Source: Adineta vaga (taxonomy: Eukaryota > Animalia > Rotifera). Taken from it: a stretch of 64,000 bases of DNA. Both the position numbers and the translations under genes were made by a program. Within the stretch, counting starts at the first letter, position 1. Each line of letters starts with the position of its first letter. The stretch lies in contig CP075494.1 of the NCBI GenBank assembly GCA_021613535.1, forward strand, positions 11,780,001 through 11,844,000. Direction: 5' to 3'. This document shows, in pieces, positions 50,688 to 64,000 of this stretch. Under the pieces are notes generated by a model that worked only from the letters and a program-made list of their open reading frames with translations, was not told the origin of the DNA and did no database searches.

Positions 50688-52958
50688 ATGCAACAAGTAA
50701 GAGGAACACCAGGAGTACTAAATAGACGTCGTCATATTGACATTGAGAAGACACAAAATATGATTCTAGTATGGTTGGACAGCTACATTGATAATAATAA
50801 TGAGGAATGTCAAAATGAAATTGCAGAACTTCAATGTGTTGTTAATGATATCAATACATTTACAGATAATGATGAATGTTTTGAATTTATTCTAAACATT
50901 AATAATAATAAAGTATGTATGATCATTTCTGGATCACTTGGACGGCTTGTTATGCCTTGCATACACGATATTCCTCAACTGGATTCTATCTTAGTCTTTT
51001 GTGCTAACAAAAAACATCACGAACAGTGGGCCAATGAATGGTTCAAGATCAAAGGCGTCTACTCAGATATAATATCAATTTGTGAAGCTCTTAAACAAGT
51101 ATCGCGTCAATGCGAACAGAATGCCGTACCGATAAGTTTGGCAGCATCTGGTAAGAAACTGAATCAACTCGATCCATCCTTTATGTACACTCAACTTCTA
51201 AAAGAAACACTGCTAGATATCACCTTCAAAAAGCAACATATTTAAGAATTTATCGATTATTGTCGCAATATATTTTCTGATAATGAACGAAAACTAGACA
51301 AAGTCAAGTTATTAGAATCCAAATATCATCAAGAAACATCCATATGGTGGTATACTTGGGAAGGCTTCCTGTATTCTATGCTTAATCGTGCATTACGAAC
51401 CATGGATGGCGATATTATTGTTCGAATGGGATTTTTCATCAATGATCTTCATCGAAATATCGAAAGACTGCACAAGGAACAATATAAAGACCGTCTTTCG
51501 TCTGAAATCTTCACAGTTTATCGTGGTCAAGGATTGCCAAAAGCAGATTTCGATGAACTAATGAAATTCCAAGGTGGATTGCTGTCGTTCAACAGTTTCT
51601 TGTCTACTAGTAAAGATCGACATATTTCGTATCTTTATGCCGAGAGTAGTGCAAGCAACCTAGATTTGGTAGGAATTGTGTTTGTTATGAAAGTTAATCC
51701 AAACCAGTCCACAATTCCATTTGCTTCTATTCATGGTATTAGTTACTTTCCGGATGAAGATGAAGTTCTTTTTTCGATGCATAGTGTTTTTCGCATCAAT
51801 GAAATCAAATCAATAAATCCTAACAATCAACTGTTTGAAGTGAACTTGTCACTTACTAGCGATAATGACGAAGATTTAGTTGCACTCACTGATCAAATTC
51901 GAAAACACAATTTTTCGAACTTACAAGGGTGGAAAAAATTGGGACTTTTACTGTTTGACATGAGCCAATCGAACAAAGCTGAGGAGGTTTTCAAAATGTT
52001 ACTTCATCAAACAGCGGAGGAATCTGATAAAGCAGTGTCTTATAATGCGTTTGGAAGAATCAAATATGCTCAGGGCAAATATCAGGAGGCATTAATATAC
52101 TACGAAAAGAGTCTTTCCATCTACGAAAAAGATCTTTCTCTAGATCACTCTAATGTAGCTTTTATGTACCAAAACATCGGTCTGGCATATGATGGTATGG
52201 GTGATTATCCAAAAGCACTCTCATACTACGAGAGAGCCCTCCCACTTCTACAGAAAATTTATCTCCATGATCATTCTGATTTGGCTGGCCTTTACAACAA
52301 TATTGGCTTAGTGTATTGCAACATGAATTGCTACCCAAAAGCACTGTTATCTCACGAGAAAGCTCTCACAATTTGGCAAAAAGTACTTCCTTCCAATCAT
52401 CCTGATATAGCTTTGTCCTATAATAATATTGGTATGGTGCATCAGTGCTTGGATGACTATGTGAAAGCACTTTCATTTCATGGAAAAGCTCTTACAATTC
52501 GACAACAGTCACTTCCACCTAATCATTCAGATTTAGGTACATCATATGACAACATTGGTATGGTGTATCAAAATATGAATGAATGCCTAAAAGCATTAAC
52601 TTATCATGAGAAAGGTCTGAAAATCAGACAAAAAGCACTTCCTTCAAACCATCCTGAATTGGCTAAATCCTACAGTAATATTGGTTTAATATATCGGTTC
52701 ATGAAAGACTATTCAAAAGCGCTTTCATTGCATGAAAAAGCTTTAGCCATTCGACAACAAACACTCCCATCAACTCATCTTGATTTGGCTTTCTCCTACT
52801 ATAGCATTGGTGTAATTTACACAGACTTGAAAAACTATTCAGAGGCCTGTTCATATTTTGAGTATGCAATACGGGTTGTCCAACAATCATCATTACCAAA
52901 TCATCAATGGTTGCAAGAATTTTTTCGAAATCTCGAATCTACGAGAAAAAAATTGTAA
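50688..52958 (+). pseudogene. ART-TPR protein 3 with one in-frame TAA (51243-51245); ART domain and ~8 TPRs otherwise intact
   Basis: ORFs 50688-51245 and 51378-52958 are in the same frame. KQHI*EFIDYC aligns to KQHIQKFIDYC of paralog 2 (CAA>TAA). Confidence 0.85.
51290..51793 (+). repeat. 504-bp inverted repeat, copy B (partner 23266-23769)
   Basis: 499/504 identical to the reverse complement of 23266-23769. Confidence 0.95.
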
Positions 52959-53408
52959 TTAATATCTATTTTCCTGCCTGAAGAATTATTAGCACAGTTA
53001 AATAAAATACAAAAAGGGCACGCAAAGAAAACCGTCCCATACCATTGAGACCACAAACAGAACAAGATTCTCGAAAAGAATTTGAAATTCAATGATTTGT
53101 GTTTCAAAACGAAAGAATTTGAAACTAACAGAAACAAAATCTATTTTACAGTAGGATAAACTACATTGAAATGCTAATTTGTGCACACATTTTATCAGAA
53201 AAACAATAATATCATACTACTAACTTTCATCATACTCAGCATTTACAATTTATCATTTATTTTAGAATTTCTATAGAAGTATGATCATAATAAAATGATA
53301 AATGATTCTCTGGAAGTATTTTTAAAGAATAAAAGACGTTCAAATGAATAATCTTGTCTATTATGATATTATAACTAAACTATATGAATTCCAAATATGT
53401 AGAAATGA

Positions 53409-54525
53409 TCAAAATTTTCTTTTCATACAATGTTTCATAAGTTTCTTTTTCTTGCAACCAAGTTTTTGTCTACAAAATAAATGAAAAGAATATATAAATC
53501 ATTATCTCATGTAATAATAAACATACTTAATGCGTTTTCGATCAGTACAGATTCGAGTAATTTTATATCCAAATGTTTTTAATCGAACGATCAAATTCTT
53601 ATATTTACCAAGCATATGTGCTTAAAGAAGAAACAAATAAATAAATTCTATCAACTATGTAGATCAATTACCAGCACCGATCGCAAAAAAATATCGATTT
53701 TTTTTTGATCGTTTTAATAATGTGTGAATATGTCTGGATATTTGTTCATCCCGTTGTTCCAATTTTTCTCGTTCTTCTGATGATTTAAATAGAGTTTCAA
53801 TATAGTTACCATTTATTTCATCGCAAATATATTTTTTTATTGTTAATTCTTTCAAATATTCACTTTCATTAATGGTATTCATTGATCGATTTTTCATTTC
53901 TTTTTTAACAATATTTAAAATCAATAGCCAAGTCGATAAATTATATCGCCAACCTTCATTCTTCAAAGAAAAATGAATCGTATTCAATAAATATAGAAGA
54001 ATTCAATACATACCTCACAATGATATTCAGCAGATTCTAAACTTCCAACACTTTTATTTAAACGACGTGCTTCTTCAGCAAGATGAACATCAAGTATATC
54101 ACCTTCCATAATTAGTTTATCTAAATATTAATAAAAAAACGAAATTTTTTGATTTTTATAAATGAACTATATATTAACTTGATCGCCGTGTTCGTATTGA
54201 TCGATTTAATAAACACTCATGGAAATCATCCCAATATGCTTCATTTTTTGCATCGATTTCTGCATAAAAATGAGTACTAGATTGAAATGCTTGGCGAGTT
54301 TCATTAGATACGTGAGGCCATACAAGATTGTATGGAATATGAATTGTACCAAAAATATACGATGGAGGTGAGACTTCAATACGCCAAAGTAATGTTGCTG
54401 AACATATCTTTTTAACAAAATAGAAATTCAAAAAACGATCAATTTTTCTTTTCTTTTTTTGCAAAGAAATTGAAACAAACCGAACAAATAAGAAGTAAAA
54501 TAAAACCGAAGACCAAGCTTGGCAT
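53409..54525 (-). CDS. Compact TIKI/TraB-family metalloprotein, 274 aa, with signal peptide (exons 54525-54481, 54407-54179, 54120-54014, 53960-53672, 53620-53527, 53469-53409)
   Basis: MPSLVFGFILLLICS signal; LLWRIEVSPPSYIFGTIHIPYNLVW; YAEID; ILDVHLAEEARRLNKSVGSLE; YFFAIGAAHMLG. These match TRABD2/TIKI motifs. Confidence 0.85.
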
Positions 54526-57413
54526 GATTGCAAATGTTCTCTTTTTCATTTAGTTCTATCATCATATTTATCTCTTTGTACTTTCACATCGATAGATTTT
54601 ATTTCAATAAATATTAATAACACTTTTTTTTCTTCTTTATTTCATCCGATTATTTCTGACACATGCTCATCTTCTTAATCTATCTTGGATAAACAAGAAA
54701 AGATATTCTTGTCTAGTATCCCATGGACACATCAGACAGATTATTTATATACACTTTCTTTCTCCTCTATAGAATCATCACGACTGGAGTTTGATGATGT
54801 AAATCTAAAACGTATATAATTCGTTTCTTTCTTTCTTTCTTTTTAATCCATTGAACTAATCAAATATATGTCTCAGGTATATTTGATAGTCAAACAAAGT
54901 TCATTTTCTAAATCGATCATTGTTGCTATCAGTCTCATTGCCTATGTCGATTATAAAGACATATCGAATGTTGATAAATCCAAACAAAACAATGGAAAGA
55001 AAGAAGTATGCTTTGTCGTCAATATTTAACAAACATACGATCGAGAAAAGTGCTCTCTTTCCCATGGCACTTGTCACACGCGAAATAAATTTTCTGCATA
55101 TATATATATATTCTTCTTTTTTTTCAAACCAGATCAAATTTCTTTCGAAAATGGAAGAACGAGAAAAGGGTCCGATTATCATTGATTTTCCGTTTATGCA
55201 TACACCTGCTTGAATGCCGCTCTATGATTAATGATCAATTGCAAGGATGAATGCATCCACGAGTGGGTGACGTTTTAATTATGATGTACGCACATCGTTG
55301 TCTTATCCTAGCAATAATCAGATCAAATATCTTCGTTGCTTATATATGTTTGAAATTCGATCTTCAACGTCGTTGTCGTCAGGAGAAATCTGATGTGAAT
55401 GTAATAGACAGAAGAAAAAAAAATTGTGTACTAAATAATTAGTAAAGGGATAAGAATGATGAAGAAGAAAAATCTCACGAACCAATTGGAATATGTAAGA
55501 ATGAAGTTGTCAACCAATCAGGACAAAAAAAGAATCTCTCTCTCTCTCACTCTCTCGTCATCTCTTTCTCGCGGTTCTTTTCTTCGCTTCTTAATACTTA
55601 TCATCGTTGTCACTTGATTAGTATTGACACATCGAAATTTGCAAGAAAAAAAGAACAAGAGGTACGTAAGAAAAAAAAGAAAAGAAAACGGAGAAAGATT
55701 GATGATATCAATGTCCAACGAATTTGATATCTATGTACTAATTATACGATGTAGAGAAAGTGAGAGTTAACAGAACATTGTAGTCTATCATGTAATTTAA
55801 ATCGCGATTTCTATATGACTAAAACCACGAATGAATGACAGTTATGGTTGTTATTTTAATAGATTAAATACTTTGTTTAAGAACATCAAAACAAAAATGC
55901 AAACATTATCCAGTTATGTCAACAGGATAGAAGTCAGTTAATGGCATATATTCTCTACATTGTCCTTTTGATTTCTTTCACATACCGAGAGTCCATTAAG
56001 CAGAGCACATATTTTCATATTATATATGTATAGTACACACGACGTAATCTTAGCTTTGAAACGAATCAAGGACATGATGATGATGATGATGAGATGGATT
56101 TTTCTATATGTACAAATTCATAATTGAGCGGAAATAATGTTTTCACACCAGCAGGGGCGGAGAGACGATAGTTATTCCTTAATGCTTACTCAAACATAGG
56201 ATACAAATGAAGGGATTATATATCGATCTGACACTTTGCTAATCTGACTCGAGTAGAAATATGTTCGCTTAAAATTGTTTATCAATTTCTCATTTGCATA
56301 AACAAGTGTTAATTGATTGAGTGTGTCCTTTCTATTGAAGAAAAGACAGAGATATCGATTGATAAAGACAAATTCACGTGAAGTTTTTGATAGAATTATT
56401 ATCAAAGAAAAAAGTGTGACCGGATAACATCAGAATGATGATTTTCTCACATTCTTTTTATTCCACTATAATTAAATTCATTAGAATAGATTCGTAAATG
56501 GAGATTTTTAATTCTCTGATCATCAAAATGTAGAAGGAGGAAAAAACCGGTAGGAAGAAGATGAAAAAAATGAGTTAATTAGAAATTTGAAACTTGTCGA
56601 ACATGTGTGCTGATTTTTAATTGTTAAATTGACAGATTCGTGTGAGTAACGCGTGAATAACAAAATTGATAATAAATCAACCAGACAGACAGACAAGTGC
56701 TCGATAAACGTTGAACATATATATATATGTATCTAGGACATATCGATATTATATTTGACCTTTTTTAATCGCTTGAAATATTCTTTTATAGATCAGACAA
56801 TAAATTTCCAAATATTTTCCAACAACAGGTGGGCGTCTTTTCTTCCTCTTCTTGTTCTTGTTCTTCTTCTTCCTTTATTTCGATTCGTTTAAAAACAAGA
56901 AGAAACGATGCGTTCTCTCTCCTTCTCCTTCTCCTTCTTCTCCTCTTAGTTTATTCTCATACCTGATAAAAAGGCATCACCTTTCTCTCTTTTCAAGTCG
57001 AAGTGTTTGTCTATTTGCTTGCATTACCTTACAGAAGGAATAGAGGTAAGATTTCACTCGTGTTAAAGTAATCAGATCCTAAACAGATAGTGTTTTTCTT
57101 TCCCTTTTTCTCTTTCTCTCTTGTGTACGCATTTATTTTTAATAAAAAAACTCGAACATAGTCACGTCCAAAATGATATATCATGTTAATGCTTAGATTT
57201 TTTGTTATGATTATAGAAAATCATACATGCACGCATGTATAATGTTCAAACAGGTAAGAAGAAATGAGGAAAGATCAAATGAATTTTCAACATTGGAGAT
57301 GGGTGAATACTGCTAAATTTCTGTAGGTGATAGGTTTTTGACTTGATAAGAAAGAAACTTTCGTCAATAGATTATTTATATCCTTTCGACTCTTTATTTT
57401 TAGTCAACCATCT

Positions 57414-59130
57414 ATGGCGAGCTATTCATTTTCATCGTCGGGTTATGTTAATATTCCTCCGTATTACAATACAACACCTAACGGTTACTCAGGTTTAAAT
57501 TTTCAATATTCATTACCAGACAGTAAGATTTTCTTTTCGTATCATTTTTTTTTCTAAAATCTTTCATCAGGTTATTCAACAACTGGAGCTTCATCAGCAA
57601 CTAGTACCTCACCATATAATACTCAACCAGTATGACAACTAATAACAATCTCCCTTTCTCCTATTTCAATTTAATCTTTTCTTAGAGTCTTGATCCAACT
57701 TATTATCATCAATTTCAACCAACACTTGGTTATCCATGTTATCCATCATCTGCATATCCTTCGTCATATAATTTCAATTCACCAAATCAATTAACATCTT
57801 CAATCAAACTTTCGCAAGGATATCCAAATGAATCGATTCCTTCTTCACTTCTCGGTATGTGTAATCTTTAATTTTATCAATTAGAAAACTTACTATTCGT
57901 TCCTTTTTTTTAAAGATCATTCAAATCCTAGTACATCGAATTCTCCATCTCCGACAATAAAAACTGAAGGCAAACCATGTTCAACATCGAAAGCAAAAGC
58001 TAATCGAAATCGAAATAAAATTCAACAATTATCACCCGATCCTGATAATAATATTGAACGTATATTTATTTGGGATTTAGATGAAACAATTGTCATTCTA
58101 AATTCCTTATTAACTGGAACATATGCTCAACATTATCAAAAAGTAAAGTTAAATTCTGTTCTTTTTTTCCTCATGCAAAATGTATTTTTTTTGTCTCCTT
58201 TAGGATCCTCAAGCAGCGATGAGTTTTGGTGTACAAATGGAAGAAATGATTTTTAATTTAGCAGAAATACATCTATTTTTAAACGATCTCGATGATTGTG
58301 ATCAAGCACATATTGATGATATTGCATCAGATGATAATGGACAAGATTTAAGGTATATCAATCATTGATTTAAAATGAAGTTTATTTTTGATATTTTAGT
58401 AATTATAATTTTGCAATTGATGGTTTTCATTCGTCATCATCAAATGTAAATAATACTGTTCGTGGTGGTGTTGATTGGATGAGAAAATTAGCATTTCGTT
58501 ATCGACATATTAAAGATGTTTATAATAATTATCGATTAGATATTCAAAGTAAAAGAGAAAAAAAAATTACTTCAAAGAATCATCTTATTTTATGTTAATT
58601 ATTTAGATTTATTTGGTCAAGAAAAATATGAACGATTACTTCAATTACGTATGGATACGGAAACAATGACTGGTGCATGGCTTACATTAGCATTGAAAGC
58701 ATTGAATATAATTAAACAAAGGTAATTAGAATTGAACATCTTCTTTTCTCTAATGTTTCATTTGTTTTTTAGAAAAAATTGTATCAATGTTCTCGTCTCA
58801 ACAGATCAATTAGTTTCAACTTTATCTAAAGTTCTTCTCTATGGTCTTGGTGGTGTATTCGATATTGAAAATATTTATAGTGCAGCAAAAGTTGGTCGAG
58901 AAAGTTGTTTCGAACGTATTCATACAAGATTTGGTAGAAAACCAACCTATGTCGTTATTGGTGATGGACGTGACGAAGAATCAGCAGCTAAACAAGTAAT
59001 ATTCAAATTTTTCTGTTGGAAAATCTTAACATGTTCTATTTAATTTCAGCTTGGTTGGCCATTTTGGCGTGTTAACGAACACCAAAATCTCACGGCATTA
59101 GTTCATGCACTTGAATGGCAATTTCTTTAA
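57414..59130 (+). CDS. eya: Eyes absent (EYA) HAD-family phosphatase / transcriptional co-activator
   Basis: P/S/T/Y-rich N-terminal exons, then [55 protein letters not shown] and WPFWRV...ALEWQFL*. Confidence 0.95.
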
Positions 59131-60695
59131 AACATTCATTTCTCATCTCTCTAACCTCTTTTGTTTTTGTGTTACTGTTGTCTTCTCGTTGTTTGGCTTT
59201 GTTTGTTTTTCTTCTTCGTCTTTGTAATTATATTCACACACAGTGATCGGATTGATTATCTACGTTTGAAATTTCTTCGTAGGCTTATCTTTTGATTGTT
59301 TATTATTTAAAAATATGAAGAAAACGAAGACATCAAGACATTTACGTGTATGTAAAAAATTTAAGATTTTTTTCTAAAATTTATTTAAATGAATATTAAA
59401 GAAGAAGATTGATGATTTTACTGTTGGAAAATGTACGGAGAGTTTCCAAAATTTGAGAATTATCAATATTGTCCTTGGAGCACGTATCGTACCTGTCTCT
59501 ATGACTTTTTTTTATCATTGTCTGAACATTAGTTATTGAAGATTCGATGTCATATATGCAAGTAAGTAGTTCATATTTAATCTAAAAATATCGGGCATCT
59601 TTTTTTGAACTGAGGAAACATGCAATTCTATCCTTGAGTAAATTTATAAACGTTTATGAATAGATCGTCTGCATAAGCTTAACGTGATCTTCTACTGTAA
59701 ATAATTCGTTGATTTTTAAATTACGCATCGATATTCTCAACAACGTTGGTTTATTTTTATGCGAACCGTTAATAATCTTCTTACAATGAGTATATTTTTC
59801 TCTATCCATTATTAGTTCTTGACATTTTCATATTATTCTTAGTAAGAATAAAAATGCATCTAAAGTGCCTTTTTTTAAATATTTTTATAAGTTTTCTTTC
59901 TATTTACTTTAAAGTAAAACAAAAATGTCGAGTATTTGAGCAAAAAATACCGCCTTTTATTTTCCATTCTTCTAGCTTGCTGCTTTGTCCTCATCGAACA
60001 TGTAAGAAAAACTAGAGTAACGATACCAAAAGACATGACAGATGATGCTTCTCTAATTATCTCTGAATGTCAAATAGGCACAAGAAGATACAAAACTTCC
60101 TGACATAAAAATAGACAAAAATATTCGAACGAAATCCATCGAATTTCTTTTATTTATATAGAAAAGTTCCCAATAGAGCAAAGTATAATTTAAGAACAGC
60201 ATTTTCATAGAGTGATTCTATTTATACTTTGAAATTAATGATTCTTCACTCTACTGGGGTAAAAAGCACATGATTCATTGTACAAACGACGCAATTCGAT
60301 TATTCTTATCGTAGTCATGGCATGGATGAATAGCTTTTTGATAAGAAATAGACATTTGTGAAGGCGTTTAAGAATGTTTTTCTATCATAAAAAAAACTTC
60401 ATCTGTTTGATTGTAATTTTAGTTATTCTTATGTAAAAGTTTTCGTTACTTTTCTCAATTTATTAAATATATATATATATATACATATACGTATAAACAA
60501 TAAGTATATTCACAGTTCTATGATAAACAAACTAATATAATTAAAAGAAAATTTACAATAAAATATGTTTTGGCTCTGCCAAACGCAAAGATTTTAATGG
60601 TTTATTCTATTCATCACAATATATATGTATGTACAGAGATTAAAAATGATCAGTAGAAGGTATGTACAAAAGTGCAGAAGGGAGATAGGAATTGC

Positions 60696-61544
60696 TTATT
60701 CATCATTATCGATTGGATAGATCATAAATAATTGATCAGGATTTTCATCATTTGACAACATCAAACTATTGTTTGGTGATAAAACATGAAAACCAAGAAA
60801 CATGAATGTTTTTACCAATGATGCTCGATCGGAACGTGTTTTATCAAAATATACAATCACATTTTTACATTTCAAAATATCATCAGCAAATTCCAAAAGG
60901 TTAACAAATCTAATTGGAATAAAACGAAAGAGATGAAATTATAATTAAAAGCAGAAAAATATACGAGGTTAATTACTTCTCTTTCGAGCCTTCACAAAGT
61001 TGTTGAGGCAATTCAACATAGAGAGAATCAGCGTGTAGTTTTATCAACCAAAGAAGATCATGTTCATCTGTAAACTCCAAGATTTCCTTTTGTTTAGTTT
61101 GTGGATTTTCATCACCACATACGTGTTCAACAGCCGTCTATATTGAGAACAAATATATTAAAACTATTAATGGTAAAATATGTCATACCAACCTTTGGAA
61201 ATTCTACAGGCTTGATACTACATTTATTGTGGCGCGAGGCTAATACTCGTCGTCCAACGCTGCCGCCCTCTGCGCTTATACTTGATGTTAAGACTACAGC
61301 AGCTAAAAAAGATTCCAATCAGAAACATACATATAGATATACATAATCAAATTGAATATTTCTAACTAACCGTTGGCAACATCAGGAACACCACCTTAGG
61401 TCGGCCGCGTTCGTATAACAGAAACGATTGATACTATATAAATAGAAAGGAAAAAAAACAGTCAGCGAAATTATTATTCACAATAAGATTAGGTCTAGAA
61501 AAAACTTACGCTTCACTATTTGATTGAATTTTAGTACACGACAT
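60696..61544 (-). CDS. OAZ: Ornithine decarboxylase antizyme (28-aa ORF1 plus +1 frameshift into ORF2; 5 exons)
   Basis: ORF1 ends ...LRWCS* (TGG TGT TCC TGA T). The +1 frame continues through splices to GSKEKFVNLLEFADDILKCKNVIVYFDKTRSDRASLVKTFMFLGF. Confidence 0.95.
61381..61393 (-). promoter_or_regulatory. +1 programmed ribosomal frameshift site UGG-UGU-UCC-UGA-U
   Basis: Matches the metazoan antizyme shift site. TCC at 61387-61385, TGA at 61384-61382. Confidence 0.93.
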
Positions 61545-62313
61545 AATGATTAAGTTTAGTAGGAAATAGTTACTTTGATAATGTTTTCGCGTTAATAGTA
61601 TGTAGTTTTGAAAATATCTTTTTCAGTACTTATGTATAGAACAACAGCAATACAGTCAAACGATTGCAAACTGAAGTCAATGTCTATGTAGTTTGTTTTT
61701 ATAGGATCTAAAAATAAACAAAGAAAAAAAAAGAGACGGCAATAGACAGAATACAAAAAAAGAAAAGAGAGAAAATAAGAGCGCTACTACTTATTTTTTC
61801 CTTTTCTTCTACATAATGACATTTTCTCATTTATTCTAAGGGTTGAAAACCCCACTTTTCTACTTTTTTCTCTTCCTCTCTGCTTTAACATTATTCATTC
61901 ACCTGAAACGCGCCGATATCACATCTGTTTGAATATATATTCAACCTTAAAGAACAAAAATCCTTTTTACTGTCATATACCATGACGTGTTTATATCCAA
62001 ACAAAAAACAGATTTTTTATCTTTAAGTTAATAGATTGATCAGACATATACAAATAAAAGGAATGCGAGCAAAAGACGATATATACATAAATATGGCCGA
62101 AAAAAAAGAGAGAACAAAAGCAAGTCGAACATTTCAAATAGCGTTTGTTAGTTAGTTTTTCAAATAAGATAATGTGGAATTTGTTGATGCCACTGGACGG
62201 CATTATCATCAGGAAAGAAAGAAAGAAAGAAAGAAAGAAGAAGAAGAAGAAAAGAAGGAAAATTATCGCACCGGAATAGTTCGTAAAAAACAGATATTAA
62301 AAAACAAAACAAG

Positions 62314-64000
<1,687 letters not shown>

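Overview
AT-rich, gene-dense eukaryotic (animal) DNA with many short (~50-70 nt) GT-AG introns. Gene content and intron style suggest a bdelloid rotifer (inference, not verified). Spliced by hand, the window holds: the 5' part of an HSPA12-type Hsp70; a PAM2-motif protein; two giant low-complexity proteins (~2,770 and ~2,450 aa); a type II SEA-domain membrane protein; three paralogous genes with essentially intronless coding regions for [receiver-like domain]-[R-S-ExE ADP-ribosyltransferase]-[42-aa TPR array] proteins; a tail-to-tail pair of related glycine-zipper membrane microproteins; PDE1; a compact TIKI/TraB protein; eyes absent; ODC antizyme; and the 3' part of LIM kinase. The best candidate for an undescribed system is the ART-TPR cluster. 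Two inverted copies 27.5 kb apart share a 504-bp, 99%-identical tract covering only the catalytic module, and their lesions are complementary, so recombination in the tract would yield one intact gene. Also notable are three frame-exclusive PDE1 micro-exons and an antizyme +1 frameshift pseudoknot whose first stem is split by an intron. All exon models are manual and have no transcript support.
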